A stretch of 64,000 bases of DNA from Planctomycetota bacterium (GTDB taxonomy: Bacteria; Planctomycetota; UBA1135), in assembly GCA_045047305.1 (NCBI GenBank), contig JASFYO010000021.1, forward strand, positions 40,915 through 104,914, given 5' to 3'. The notes below the pieces were generated by a model. The model was not told the DNA's origin, ran no database searches, and saw only the letters and a program-made list of their open reading frames with translations. The translations under genes were made by a program, and so were the position numbers. Below, piece by piece: positions 40,156 through 50,490 of the stretch. How positions within the stretch are numbered: position 1 is the first letter of the stretch; each line of letters starts with the position of its first letter.

Positions 40156-40816
40156 TGGAAACGGTTTGTAAGACTTCAATTTCACACCCGGGGCCGACTT
40201 CGATGTCGTCGCCATCGTCGAAATTGATACCGGTTTCTTCTTCGATGTCCGCGCGTAAGTAACGATGGGTGGTGCCATCCGCAGTGAGGTAAATCAAAGC
40301 TGTACGGTGAATCATGTGGGCATCAGAAACGATCGCGGTGCTGCCAGGATTCTTTCTCAGACGAGAACGCATAGAGCGATCATTGCCGGTGGTGAACCCA
40401 GCATAACTGGTATAGCCAGGGCCAATTGCATCCCAGTCGTTCAGGTATTCCACAATGGACAGGTCTTCATCTTCAATTCCTTGTAGATAGGCCACGTCAT
40501 CGAAGGATTCAGAAGGACTGAAGTACATTTTGGCCTGCTGATCGACCTTCTCCACCATGCCATCTTTCCATGGACGTAAGAAAAACTTTTGCCCTGATTC
40601 ACGGGGCCATGACTGACCATGATCCATTTGGTAATCAAGAAGCGTGGTGTAAATTCGCTTCATGTTGGCTTCAGAGCCAGTCATGTTTGCCTTATCAATC
40701 CAAGCTGGAGCCGACTGCACGAGGAAAGTACTGAGGATGCCGATGATCATGATTACGATCATCATTTCCATCAGAGTGAAGCCGCGACGCAGCCCGGAGT
40801 AGATAAGACTTTTCAT
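40148..40816 (-). CDS. Orphan prepilin-type N-methylation domain protein
   Basis: RRG|FTLMEMMIVIMIIGIL, then ..N.K.I...L..Y helix. Confidence 0.85.
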   Translation of the reverse strand: MKSLIYSGLRRGFTLMEMMIVIMIIGILSTFLVQSAPAWIDKANMTGSEANMKRIYTTLLDYQMDHGQSWPRESGQKFFLRPWKDGMVEKVDQQAKMYFSPSESFDDVAYLQGIEDEDLSIVEYLNDWDAIGPGYTSYAGFTTGNDRSMRSRLRKNPGSTAIVSDAHMIHRTALIYLTADGTTHRYLRADIEEETGINFDDGDDIEVGPGCEIEVLQTVSND

Positions 40817-40822
40817 TTTGAA

Positions 40823-42097
40823 CTAGGTTCCTTGGGAGTAATCGGTTGCGTATGCAATCTGCTCTGGCGTGAGCACGTCGAGGCCGAGTCCCATCGAATC
40901 CATCTTGATTTTGGCAATCTCTTGGTCGAGTTCTGCAGGCAGTTCATGCACACCATTACCAAGATCCTTGCCGCGATCGGCGAGCATCATCATGGCTTGG
41001 AACTGGTTGGCGAAACTCATGTCCATCACTTCCGATGGATGCCCTTCCGCAGCAGCCAAGTTCACCAAACGACCTTCAGCAAGCACGTAAATGCGGTTGC
41101 CGTTGTTCATGGTGTACTCAATGCAGTTGTCGCGCATTTCGCGCTTCGACTTAGTAATGGAGTTGAGGTCTTCAAGGTTCAACTCACAATCGTAGTGACC
41201 GGTGTTACATACGATGGCGCCATCTTTCATGGACTCAAAGTGACGCTTGACGATGACGTCTTTCATACCAGTGGTGGTAATGAAAACATCGCCTACGTTG
41301 GCAGCTTCATCCATGGTCATGACGCGGACGCCTTCCAAAGTTGCCTTCAATGCGGCGGTTGCTTTGACCTCTGTGGCAATCACGTTTGCACCCATGCCTT
41401 TGGCGCGCATGGCACAACCTTTACCGCAGTGACCGTAGCCAGCAGTGACGAAGTTCTTACCAGCAAGCAGTACCGAAGTAGCGCGCAGGATTCCATCCAA
41501 AGAGGATTGGCCGGTGCCGTAAACGTTATCGAAGTCCCACTTGGTCTCTGCATCGTTGACTGCAATGACTGGGTACATCAACTTGCCATCGGCTGCCATG
41601 GCACGCAAACGGTGAACGCCGGTGGTGGTCTCTTCCGAACCACCGATGATGCCGTCGAACAATTCTGGGTGCTCAAAGTGCACGCGGAAAATTAAGTCGG
41701 CGCCATCGTCAAGAGTCAGGGTCGGCTTAAAATCCAAGGTGCGGTCGATGGACCAGTAAAACTCCTCGGTGCTTTGGCCGTACCAGGCGAACATGCGAAT
41801 GCCTTCTTCTGCTAGAGCAGCGGCAACAGCATCGTGGGTGGAAAGTGGGTTACAACCCGACCAAGCCACTTCTGCGCCCGCTGCCACAAGGGTGCGGATC
41901 AGAACTGCGGTTTCCTTGGTGACGTGTAGGCAACCGGTAATACGCTGGCCTTTCAGCGGTTGGGTTTTGGCGAACTTCTCGCGAAGCTGCATCAAAACAG
42001 GCATGCGGGACTCAGCCCAATCAATGAGGAGACGCCCCTCTTCCGCTAGGGAAAGGTCGGCGACTTTGAATTTAAGGTCTTCTGCGGTGGTGCTCAT
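40823..42097 (-). CDS. ahcY: Adenosylhomocysteinase
   Basis: CLHVTKET, CNPLST, DDGAD, EETTTG, DNVYGTGQS, GRLVNL..GHP. Confidence 0.97.
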   Translation of the reverse strand: MSTTAEDLKFKVADLSLAEEGRLLIDWAESRMPVLMQLREKFAKTQPLKGQRITGCLHVTKETAVLIRTLVAAGAEVAWSGCNPLSTHDAVAAALAEEGIRMFAWYGQSTEEFYWSIDRTLDFKPTLTLDDGADLIFRVHFEHPELFDGIIGGSEETTTGVHRLRAMAADGKLMYPVIAVNDAETKWDFDNVYGTGQSSLDGILRATSVLLAGKNFVTAGYGHCGKGCAMRAKGMGANVIATEVKATAALKATLEGVRVMTMDEAANVGDVFITTTGMKDVIVKRHFESMKDGAIVCNTGHYDCELNLEDLNSITKSKREMRDNCIEYTMNNGNRIYVLAEGRLVNLAAAEGHPSEVMDMSFANQFQAMMMLADRGKDLGNGVHELPAELDQEIAKIKMDSMGLGLDVLTPEQIAYATDYSQGT

Positions 42098-42105
42098 GGT
42101 TGTAT

Positions 42106-43323
42106 TTAGCAACTCGCCTTGAGGTTAGCCAAGGACTGGAGTTCGGTCACGAGATCTAGTTTCTCCCAAGGGAAAAGATCACGGCCGAAGTGGCCATGGG
42201 AGGCCGATTTACGATAGGTCCAGCCATTTGGATCGGTGTACCCGGTTGGGTGACGCAGATCCAGACGACCAATGATCCAATCAGGGGTAAATGCATTGCA
42301 GCCTTTCCACGCTTCTAAATTGCGTAGATGTTGCTCAATGGCTGTGTCGGACAGTCCGGTCGAGGTCCCGAAGGTGTCGACGCGGACGGAAACCGGTTCG
42401 GCTACGCCAATCGCGTAAGCCAATTGCACTTCGCATCGCTCAGCCATCCCGGCAGCGACGACATTTTTCGCAACCCAACGCGCTGCATAAGCTGCAGAAC
42501 GGTCCACTTTCGTGCAGTCCTTTCCGGAGAAAGCTCCACCACCGTGGCGTGCATAGCCACCGTAAGTGTCGACGATGATTTTACGACCGGTAAGCCCCGC
42601 ATCTCCGTGCGGACCGCCAACCACAAACTTGCCGGTAGGGTTGATGTGGAACTCCGTATCGTTGGTGATCCATTTCTCCGGCAAAATCGGACGCACGATG
42701 ACTTCTTCTACTGCCTCACGGATGATGTCGATGGAGATGTCTTCCGTTTGCGTAGACAGCACAACGGCTTCGATACCAACGGGCTCGTTGCCTTCGTAAA
42801 CGAAAGTAACTTGAGCTTTGGCATCGGGACGTAGCCAGGGCAACTCACCCGATTTCAAAACCTCTGCCTGACGTTCCACCAGCCGATGAGACCAATGAAT
42901 GGGAGCCGGCATCAAGACCTCGGTTTCCTTACAGGCGAAACCAAACATCATGCCTTGGTCTCCAGCACCAGTCATGCCTTCCGCGTGCCCGCCTTCGGCA
43001 GTGACGCCCTGACTGATGTCGGGGGACTGCGAATGGATTAACACATGAACACCGCAAGAATCGGCATCAAAACCAATGCCGGCTTGGGTGTAGCCAATAT
43101 CACGCAAGGTAGCACGCACTTCTTCCTGGACGTCGACATAGGTCTCGGTGGTAATCTCGCCACCGACGACCACAGTGCCAGTGGTGACCATGGTCTCACA
43201 GGCCACACGCGACATCGGGTCTTGCTTCATGCAAGCATCGAGGATGGTATCGCTGACTTGATCGCAGACTTTATCCGGATGTCCTTTGGACACCGATTCC
43301 GAGGTGAAGAGTTTTCGTTCCAT
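42106..43323 (-). CDS. metK: S-adenosylmethionine synthetase
   Basis: [43 protein letters not shown]. Confidence 0.98.
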   Translation of the reverse strand: MERKLFTSESVSKGHPDKVCDQVSDTILDACMKQDPMSRVACETMVTTGTVVVGGEITTETYVDVQEEVRATLRDIGYTQAGIGFDADSCGVHVLIHSQSPDISQGVTAEGGHAEGMTGAGDQGMMFGFACKETEVLMPAPIHWSHRLVERQAEVLKSGELPWLRPDAKAQVTFVYEGNEPVGIEAVVLSTQTEDISIDIIREAVEEVIVRPILPEKWITNDTEFHINPTGKFVVGGPHGDAGLTGRKIIVDTYGGYARHGGGAFSGKDCTKVDRSAAYAARWVAKNVVAAGMAERCEVQLAYAIGVAEPVSVRVDTFGTSTGLSDTAIEQHLRNLEAWKGCNAFTPDWIIGRLDLRHPTGYTDPNGWTYRKSASHGHFGRDLFPWEKLDLVTELQSLANLKASC

Positions 43324-43379
43324 GCAAGAAGTCCGGTAAAACGGCCGGGTCCGGGGGATTTCACTGGTGGCTAAGGACC

Positions 43380-44672
43380 TCAGAGAAGGTCTGCTTGGCG
43401 CAACGCAAGTACCGTACTTTGCGCTGCCCCCCGTTGTGATTCAAGGGCCTTGGCCCCGTTCACGCCGGTTTGCTTAGCTAAATCAGGTTGCCGCAACCAG
43501 GAAAGTAGGCATTCTACCACTTCTGCACTATCCATTCCCTCTTTCAAGCCACCTCCCTCTTTCAGATAAGCCACTTCCTCAAGGAAATTTTCTGTGTGTG
43601 GGCCCACCACCACGGGAACCTCGAACACCGCAGGTTCCAACACATTTTGCCCACCATGCTCCAGCAAGCTACCACCAACAAAGGCCATTTGGGCAATGCG
43701 GTAGATCATTTCGAGCTGGCCAAAGGCATCAACGACCAAAATGCTCCCTTTCTCGAGCACCGCTTGGTTCTCGCATTCGCTGAGAGCCACACAGGGAATA
43801 TCCGCTGCGAGCCGCTTCAACTCTGGAATCAACTTAGAACATCGACGTGGGTGCCGCGGAACGATGACCAAAATGGCTTGCTTCGCTTCTGCATAACGTA
43901 ACCAATGGGCAAGCAGTTCGGTTTCTTCAGGTTCATGGGTGCTTGCCCAAACCACAAAGGCAGCATTACCATCCCAGCGTGCCCAGCAGGAACGAGAGAA
44001 CTGACTATTCTCTTCCCCAGTAGGAAGATTGTCGTATTTCAGATTCCCGGTAACCACAACCCGTTGATTTGGCACGTCCAGACCCGAGAAGCGCTCGGCA
44101 TAACGATGGTTTTGCACACCGTACAGGGAGATTCGTTCAAATTGTGGAAGCCATTTCTGAACGCGGCGGTAACCCGCTAGAGAACGATCCGTGATGCGAC
44201 CGTTCACGATGGAAACTTTGATATCGCAACGAAAGCATGCATTCAGAAAGTTCGGCCAAATCTCCAACTCTGCGAGGATAACAAGGCTTGGCCTGACCCT
44301 CACAAGGAAACGTCGGCAGGTGCCGGGCAAATCCAGTGGGTAGGCCACCACCGGCAGATCGGGGAACAGTTGCCGCGCAGTCGCTAATCCAGTCGGAGTA
44401 CTGGAGGAAATCACCAAACTGCGGTGAGGGAATTGCCTACGCAGTTCTGAGACTAAGGGCTTCAATGCTTTGACTTCTCCGACAGAAACGCCATGTAGCA
44501 AGACCCGCCCCTCCGCTGCTTCAAGGGGGGGCGAGAAACCCAAACGCCCGGGCAAGCTACGCCGGAAACCTGGCACCCGCAAGGCGCGAAAAATTGCAAA
44601 TGGAATAAGTAACAATCCCACGAGCACCAAAAGGAAATCGTAAAGAAGAAGGGCCGCCCAACGTCGGTTCAT
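43380..44672 (-). CDS. waaA: Kdo transferase
   Basis: H.VSVGE, E.EIWPN, GNLKYD, STH..E, PRH, FVGGSL..GGQN.LEP. Confidence 0.93.
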   Translation of the reverse strand: MNRRWAALLLYDFLLVLVGLLLIPFAIFRALRVPGFRRSLPGRLGFSPPLEAAEGRVLLHGVSVGEVKALKPLVSELRRQFPHRSLVISSSTPTGLATARQLFPDLPVVAYPLDLPGTCRRFLVRVRPSLVILAELEIWPNFLNACFRCDIKVSIVNGRITDRSLAGYRRVQKWLPQFERISLYGVQNHRYAERFSGLDVPNQRVVVTGNLKYDNLPTGEENSQFSRSCWARWDGNAAFVVWASTHEPEETELLAHWLRYAEAKQAILVIVPRHPRRCSKLIPELKRLAADIPCVALSECENQAVLEKGSILVVDAFGQLEMIYRIAQMAFVGGSLLEHGGQNVLEPAVFEVPVVVGPHTENFLEEVAYLKEGGGLKEGMDSAEVVECLLSWLRQPDLAKQTGVNGAKALESQRGAAQSTVLALRQADLL

Positions 44673-44696
44673 CTGGGTTTAGGCCCTCCTCAAGCT

Positions 44697-47510
44697 TTAG
44701 TTGCTACCGTGACATTGCTTGTACTTTTTCCCCGAGCCACACGGACAAGGAGCATTGCGTGCGACCTTTGGCTTGTGCTTATCTGGGGTTTGCTGACCAT
44801 GATCTTGGCCGACACTACTTGCTTTCTCCATTTCCTCAGTGGTGTTACCCACAGCCGGTGTCTGACGCTTATTCGGTTGAGAATAACCCACCGCGACTTG
44901 GCGGCGAGGTGCCCCTGGACGTGCCTGAGAAGTGGAACCTCCAAATTGAGGGTGTAATGCGTTTTGCCCTTCATATGCATTGCCGAGTCGTTCTTCGTCC
45001 TTGTTTGCTAGTTCGAAGCGCAAAATGTGATTGGTGACTTCATCGGCAATCGCAAACAACAACTCCTCAAAACGCTCCAAACCCTCACGTTTGTATTCAT
45101 TTTTCGGGTCAACTTGTGCGTATCCACGCAATCCAATGCCGGAACGCAAAGCATCCATGGTGTAAAGATGTTCCTTCCACTTTTTATCAATGCAATTCAA
45201 CAGCAGGAAACGTTCGAGGTGCGCCATGGCTTCTTCACCTGCGGCTTCTGTGCGTTCAGCATAAACCTTCTGAAAATCAGTAAACAGTAGACCTGCAACA
45301 TCGTTGAGGCCCGCATTCTGCAAAATAGACGCCTCCCCGCTGTAGCCCCACTTGCGTTCCGCCCAAAGGCGGAAAGCTTCCCAGTCCGGATCGACATCTC
45401 GACCATCACCACCAAAGGTGATAGTCGCTTGATCGATAACCTGCTCCGCCATGGCGACAACTCGATCATGCAATCCTTTGGCATGTAATGCCATCTGACG
45501 CTGATTGTAAATCATCTTGCGCTGCTCGTTCATGACCTCGTCATACTCGAGCAGGTTTTTACGAATCTCAAAGTGATAATCCTCGACCTTCTTCTGCGCT
45601 TTCTTAATCGCATTCGAAACCATCTTCGACTCCACCGGCTCACCACCACCCATGCCAGCTTTGGCAAGGAAGTTCTTCACCCAATCCTTGTAAAAGCGAC
45701 GCATCAATGGGTCGTCAAGAGAAAGGTAAAAACGGGATCGTCCTGGGTCACCCTGGCGGCCAGAACGTCCGCGCAATTGGTTGTCGATGCGGCGTGATTC
45801 ATGACGCTCGGTGCCAATCACATACAACCCTCCCGCCGCAAGCACTTCCTCTTTTTCCAAATCATGAATGGAACGCAGTTCTTCCAAAACGGACGCTACC
45901 GCAGTTTGGTCGTTGATATCGGTCTTGCGTGCGGCAATTTCGCCGGGCAACATGGCATCGACATTGCCGCCAAGAACGATGTCGGTTCCACGACCAGCCA
46001 TATTGGTGGCTACCGTCACTGCGCCCTTACGCCCTGCCTGCGCGATGATGTGCGCTTCGTTTTCGTGCTGTTTTGCATTCAAAACATTGTGGCGTACACC
46101 GCGGCGATTCAGAATGCCCGACAACAACTCGGAGTTTTCAATGCTGGTGGTGCCTACCAGTACCGGCTGGCCATTTCCGCGCGATGATTCAATCACATCC
46201 GCAATGGCCTTCCACTTATCTGGTGTTTCCAAATAAACCACGTCGGCATCGTCGAGTCGAGCAATCGGACGGTTGGTTGGGATTTGTACAACATCCAAAT
46301 CGTAAATCTTGGCAAACTCACCAGCCTCGGTGAGAGCAGTTCCAGTCATGCCGGACAACTTGCCGTAGATGCGGAAGTAATTCTGAAAAGTAATCGTGGC
46401 GAGTGTTTGGTTCTCAGCCTTAGGACGGATGCCCTCTTTGGCTTCTACCGCCTGGTGTAAGCCATCCCCCCAGCGACGCCCTTCCATCATGCGGCCGGTG
46501 AACTCATCAACAATGACAATGGTGCCATCCTTAACTACATAATCCACCTCATGCTTGTAGAGGTGCAGGGCACGCAAGCACTGCTCCAGAATGTGCGGCC
46601 ATTCCATATTCTCTGCACCGCTATAAAAGTCATCGATGCCAAGCATCTTCTGGCCTTCGATAATGCCTTCCTCGGTCAACAAAGCCGATTTCTCTTTTTC
46701 TTTGACCTCGAAATGTTCCTCATCATTAAGTTTACGTGCCGCAGTCATACCGATTCGGTACTTCTCAGCGTTGCCGGTAGCGGGACCCGAAATAATTAAT
46801 GGCGTACGCGCCTCATCGATCAGGATCGAGTCGACTTCGTCGATAATCGCAAAGTCTAGGCTGTGCTGCACCTGGTCTTCAACCCGCGACTTCATGTTGT
46901 CCCGTAAGTAGTCGAAGCCAAGTTCGTTATTGGTGGCGTAGATGATGTCGCCGGCATAAACCGGATGCCGCTCTGCTGGGCTCATGCTGGACTGAATCGA
47001 ACCACACTCTAAACCCAGGTATTCATACACCGGGGTCATCCATTCGGCATCACGTTTGGCAAGGTAATCATTTACCGTGACAACGAATACCTTTCCCGCG
47101 AGCGAGTTTAAGTAGGCAGCCAACGTAGCGACTAAGGTTTTGCCCTCGCCGGTCGCCATCTCTGCGATGGAACCAGCATGCAAAACAGCTCCGCCAATGA
47201 TCTGCACATCGTAGTGGCGCAATCCAAGTGTCCGTTTTGCAGCAACCCGAGTGACCGCGAATGCTTGCGGCAAGAGGTCACTGAGACTGCCTCCATCGGC
47301 AATCTCCTTTTTCCAGGCCACAGTTTGGGCTTTGATGTCTTCCTCACTCAGGGCCTCAGCCCACTCCTCGTGAGAAGCCACCTCTTTCACCAAAGGAGCC
47401 ATGCGTTTGACCACCCGAGCATTCTGGGAGCCAAATACCTTATTCAAGGTGCGGCCCAAGCCCTCACCCAACCCCTTAAGGGAATCCGTTATCGCGTCAA
47501 CGTCGACCAT
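44697..47510 (-). CDS. secA: Protein translocase ATPase SecA
   Basis: MATGEGKT, DEVDSILIDEARTPL, TNMAGRGTDI, RRIDNQLRGRSGRQGDPG, SEC-C motif CPCGSGKKYKQCH. Confidence 0.98.
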   Translation of the reverse strand: MVDVDAITDSLKGLGEGLGRTLNKVFGSQNARVVKRMAPLVKEVASHEEWAEALSEEDIKAQTVAWKKEIADGGSLSDLLPQAFAVTRVAAKRTLGLRHYDVQIIGGAVLHAGSIAEMATGEGKTLVATLAAYLNSLAGKVFVVTVNDYLAKRDAEWMTPVYEYLGLECGSIQSSMSPAERHPVYAGDIIYATNNELGFDYLRDNMKSRVEDQVQHSLDFAIIDEVDSILIDEARTPLIISGPATGNAEKYRIGMTAARKLNDEEHFEVKEKEKSALLTEEGIIEGQKMLGIDDFYSGAENMEWPHILEQCLRALHLYKHEVDYVVKDGTIVIVDEFTGRMMEGRRWGDGLHQAVEAKEGIRPKAENQTLATITFQNYFRIYGKLSGMTGTALTEAGEFAKIYDLDVVQIPTNRPIARLDDADVVYLETPDKWKAIADVIESSRGNGQPVLVGTTSIENSELLSGILNRRGVRHNVLNAKQHENEAHIIAQAGRKGAVTVATNMAGRGTDIVLGGNVDAMLPGEIAARKTDINDQTAVASVLEELRSIHDLEKEEVLAAGGLYVIGTERHESRRIDNQLRGRSGRQGDPGRSRFYLSLDDPLMRRFYKDWVKNFLAKAGMGGGEPVESKMVSNAIKKAQKKVEDYHFEIRKNLLEYDEVMNEQRKMIYNQRQMALHAKGLHDRVVAMAEQVIDQATITFGGDGRDVDPDWEAFRLWAERKWGYSGEASILQNAGLNDVAGLLFTDFQKVYAERTEAAGEEAMAHLERFLLLNCIDKKWKEHLYTMDALRSGIGLRGYAQVDPKNEYKREGLERFEELLFAIADEVTNHILRFELANKDEERLGNAYEGQNALHPQFGGSTSQARPGAPRRQVAVGYSQPNKRQTPAVGNTTEEMEKASSVGQDHGQQTPDKHKPKVARNAPCPCGSGKKYKQCHGSN

Positions 47511-47602
47511 GATGCTAAATCGTCACACAGCTGACGGGATGTCAGCGTGTGAACGGCACACAGGATACGAGAAAGTCGCGGCCGAGAAAACGGCCAATCT
47601 GA

Positions 47603-47630
47603 GAGGCCTCAGTGAGGCCTCAGTGAGGCC
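47603..47630. repeat. 11-bp tandem repeat (GAGGCCTCAGT x2.5) across the pyrD stop
   Basis: gaggcctcagt-gaggcctcagt-gaggcc read directly. Confidence 0.7.
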
Positions 47631-48525
47631 AGGAAAGGGAGCCACGCAACTCGCTCAGATTCAGCTTTTCTCGCTCCAAAATCTGCCTCATTTGGCTAGC
47701 AATTGCAGAAATAGCACCTGGCCGACGGAAGGATGCGGTGCCCACTTGCACCGCAGCAGCTCCCGAAACGATGAATTCCAGCACGTCGTCCGCATTCGAG
47801 GCACCTCCACTGGCGATTACCGGAATAGAAACGGCCCGGCTACATTCCCAGACCAAACGCATTGCCATGGGCTTCACCGCGGGCCCAGACATGCCCCCGG
47901 TCCCATTTGCTAGCACTGGCCGACGTTTCCGCCAATCCACCAGCATGCCAATCAGAGTGTTGCAGACAGTGAGCGCATCGGCCCCGGAGGCTTCGGCAGC
48001 CTTGGCGAAGGGAGTGATGCTGGTGACGTTGGGCGAAAGCTTGACCCAAAGCGGTTTTTGCGTGGCATCGCGGCAGGCACGGACCACCTGTTCTAAGGCA
48101 GAGGCCTGGGTAGAAAATTGAATTCCCCCCTCTACATTAGGGCAGGAAAGGTTCAGCTCAATCGCTGCCACCCCTTCCATGTCGTCGAAAGCTTCCACCA
48201 TAGCTACATAATCACCCGCTGAGTGGCCACCAGCATTCGCCACTACCGGTAATGGCAATGCGGCCAACTGCGGCGCGACGTGTTCGCGCCAATAAGCTAA
48301 CCCCTTGTTCTCAAGACCGATGGCGTTAAGAACTCCTCCCTGAAACTCAGCGATTCGCTGTGGAGGATTCCCCGGACGAGGCTCAGGGGTGACGGTTTTC
48401 AGTACCAATGCGCCAAGGTCTCCTGGATGCAAGAATGCAAGAGCCGCTGGATCATGGCCGAAAGTGCCAGAGCCGGTGAGCAAGGGAGACTGCAGCTCCA
48501 AACCGCCAACCGAGGTGCGCAACAT
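47620..48525 (-). CDS. pyrD: Dihydroorotate dehydrogenase, family 1B catalytic subunit
   Basis: SGTFG, KT.T, NAIGL.N.G, ELNLSCPN, KLSPN, GGMSG..KP. Confidence 0.93.
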   Translation of the reverse strand: MLRTSVGGLELQSPLLTGSGTFGHDPAALAFLHPGDLGALVLKTVTPEPRPGNPPQRIAEFQGGVLNAIGLENKGLAYWREHVAPQLAALPLPVVANAGGHSAGDYVAMVEAFDDMEGVAAIELNLSCPNVEGGIQFSTQASALEQVVRACRDATQKPLWVKLSPNVTSITPFAKAAEASGADALTVCNTLIGMLVDWRKRRPVLANGTGGMSGPAVKPMAMRLVWECSRAVSIPVIASGGASNADDVLEFIVSGAAAVQVGTASFRRPGAISAIASQMRQILEREKLNLSELRGSLSWPH

Positions 48526-48534
48526 GGCGCTAGT

Positions 48535-49131
48535 TTACTTGGACGCTTTGGCAGTTTCTTCGGATTCCGCCTGAAGCTGGAGCTTCGCCACCCCCGTAAT
48601 CAACAACACAAAGCCCACTGAAATGCAGGCGTCGGCAAAGTTGAAAATGGGGAAGGGATGAAACGGCCAACCTAACCAGTCAGGCCACCATCCAGGAATA
48701 GAGAAGTCGACCATCAGAAAATCCCGTACTTTGCCTGGCTCATCTAAGTCCCACGGCAGCCACGCGGACAGATTGTCATACAAGTTACCCACAGCCCCCG
48801 CGATAAGCAGGGCTAAGGTGAACAGCCCCATGCGATTTTTATTGGCTTGACGCTTTACGAACAGAATGAGGACGCACACCGCAATCAAGCGAATGACAGT
48901 GAGAACCCCAGTGAATCCCCCATTGTTTCCCGCACCCCAAATCCCGCCGGAATTGGTAATGCAGTAAAACGAAAACCAGTCCCCCAAAATGGGGCGACTT
49001 TGATGGATTCCGATTTCAGAGAAGGCCCAAGCTTTGCTGCACAAGTCAGCAAGCAAGAGTGCCAAAACGAAAATCCAAAAAACCGGGCGCCGAAGTCCTT
49101 TGCGCGGTTTTTCTAATTGCGGGTCAGTCAA
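48535..49131 (-). CDS. lspA: Lipoprotein signal peptidase II
   Basis: D..SK, N.G..WG, GA.GN..D, V.DF, FN.AD. Confidence 0.92.
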   Translation of the reverse strand: MTDPQLEKPRKGLRRPVFWIFVLALLLADLCSKAWAFSEIGIHQSRPILGDWFSFYCITNSGGIWGAGNNGGFTGVLTVIRLIAVCVLILFVKRQANKNRMGLFTLALLIAGAVGNLYDNLSAWLPWDLDEPGKVRDFLMVDFSIPGWWPDWLGWPFHPFPIFNFADACISVGFVLLITGVAKLQLQAESEETAKASK

Positions 49132-49495
49132 GTTCTAGTTGGCCCGATTCCGAGAGTGCTTGGCATTCAATGCAGTAATGCGCATAAGGAACAACCGCCA
49201 AACGCCGTGGAGGAATTATGGCCTTGCACGCCAGGCAGGAACCGAATTCACTATCTTCAATACGTTTTAGGGCTGCGTTCGTGGATTTCAAAATTTCTTC
49301 CTCATTCTCGATCAGGCCGAGTTGGAAATCACGGGAGTAACCTTCTGCGCTGGCATCGTCACCATCATCTCCCGAACTTACCTCTCCAAGCAGTACGGAA
49401 TCCTCCAATCGTTCCAACTTCACGCCGAGTTGACGCAAAATGTTTAGCAGGACTGGACGATATTTGTTCTGTTGGGTCTTTGTGAGCTTGGGCAT
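49124..49495 (-). CDS. DksA/TraR C4-type zinc finger protein
   Basis: Coiled-coil tip DDGDDA (DxxDxA), AL.RI, FG.CLAC..I...RL..P....CIEC. Confidence 0.88.
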   Translation of the reverse strand: MPKLTKTQQNKYRPVLLNILRQLGVKLERLEDSVLLGEVSSGDDGDDASAEGYSRDFQLGLIENEEEILKSTNAALKRIEDSEFGSCLACKAIIPPRRLAVVPYAHYCIECQALSESGQLELD

Positions 49496-49542
49496 CGCGG
49501 TATCTTGAGGGGGTGCTCCCCATTTCGAGGAGGCAGATTCTA

Positions 49543-50487
49543 ATGTCTACGGAATCCACTGGTCAATTCTCTCCATCTCCGATGAACGATCGGGTTGCAG
49601 AATATCTCGGCAGTCTGGCTGCCGAGGCGGGGTTGGCGGTGCATACGATGGCCGCTTATCGCCGTGATCTAGGTCGTGCTTCGGCCTTCTTTATGGGGCG
49701 TAAAATCAGCGACTGGAAGGACTTAGACTCGACTCACTTGGCCGAGTTCATGGCGGCTGCACGCACGGATGGTCTCGCCCCTGCCAGCCAGGTCCGACTT
49801 CTTTCAAGTTTACGGGGATTCTTCCGCTGGTTGCGCGCAGAAGAAGGCTTGGAGGGCAAAGACCCTACCCGGGTCTCGGGCAAAATCCACCTCTGGCACC
49901 GCCTTCCAGAAATCCTTACCCCCGAAGAAGCACGCACCTTGCTGGATACCCCCAGTGCAAACACCTGGATAGGACAACGCGACCGAGCCCTTCTGGCCTT
50001 GCTTTACGGTGGCGGTTTACGCGTGAGTGAAGCCATCGGTTTACGTTTGGGGGATTTGCACCTTTCCCGTGGCAAGGACGACGGACAGCCCGGATTACTT
50101 CAGGTGCGCGGCAAAGGCAATAAGGAGCGCTTAGTGCCTTATGGCGGTGTGGCAAGGGAACGTTTAGAACTGTGGATCAACGGCGAACGAACATCTCGAA
50201 AGGGTGAATCAAATACTGTGCTGTTATCCAAAAGCGGTAAACCCTTAGATCGCCACCGTGCCTTCCGCATCGTACGCGACCATGCTGTGGCATGTGGATT
50301 GTCCGCGCACATGCATCCCCATATTTTGCGCCATTCCTGCGCCACTCATTTATTACTTGGCGGCGGAGATTTGCGCAGCGTACAAGAGTTTTTAGGGCAT
50401 GCCGATTTACGCACAACCGAACGGTATACGCATTTAGAAGTGGAGCAATTGCAGGCTTACCATAAGCTGCACCATCCTCGCGGCTAA
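49543..50487 (+). CDS. xerD: Tyrosine recombinase XerD/XerC family
   Basis: T..AY.RDL, GLRVSE, GKG.KER.VP, HPHILRHSCATHLL..G.DLR.VQE.LGH, T..YTH. Confidence 0.88.
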   Translation: MSTESTGQFSPSPMNDRVAEYLGSLAAEAGLAVHTMAAYRRDLGRASAFFMGRKISDWKDLDSTHLAEFMAAARTDGLAPASQVRLLSSLRGFFRWLRAEEGLEGKDPTRVSGKIHLWHRLPEILTPEEARTLLDTPSANTWIGQRDRALLALLYGGGLRVSEAIGLRLGDLHLSRGKDDGQPGLLQVRGKGNKERLVPYGGVARERLELWINGERTSRKGESNTVLLSKSGKPLDRHRAFRIVRDHAVACGLSAHMHPHILRHSCATHLLLGGGDLRSVQEFLGHADLRTTERYTHLEVEQLQAYHKLHHPRG

Positions 50488-50490
50488 CCG

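Noticed and set aside
40619..41695. 358-aa plus-strand ORF opposite ahcY (similar ones lie opposite dnaK, sucD and secA)
   Set aside because: These are antisense shadow ORFs caused by codon bias in conserved genes, with no recognisable motifs
43324..43379. Possible SAM riboswitch upstream of metK
   Set aside because: The gap is only 56 bp and shows no recognisable SAM-I/II/SAH core motifs
49543..50487. Tyrosine recombinase as a possible integrase or mobile element
   Set aside because: It has XerD-like size and motifs, is flanked by housekeeping genes, and shows no att repeats or cargo
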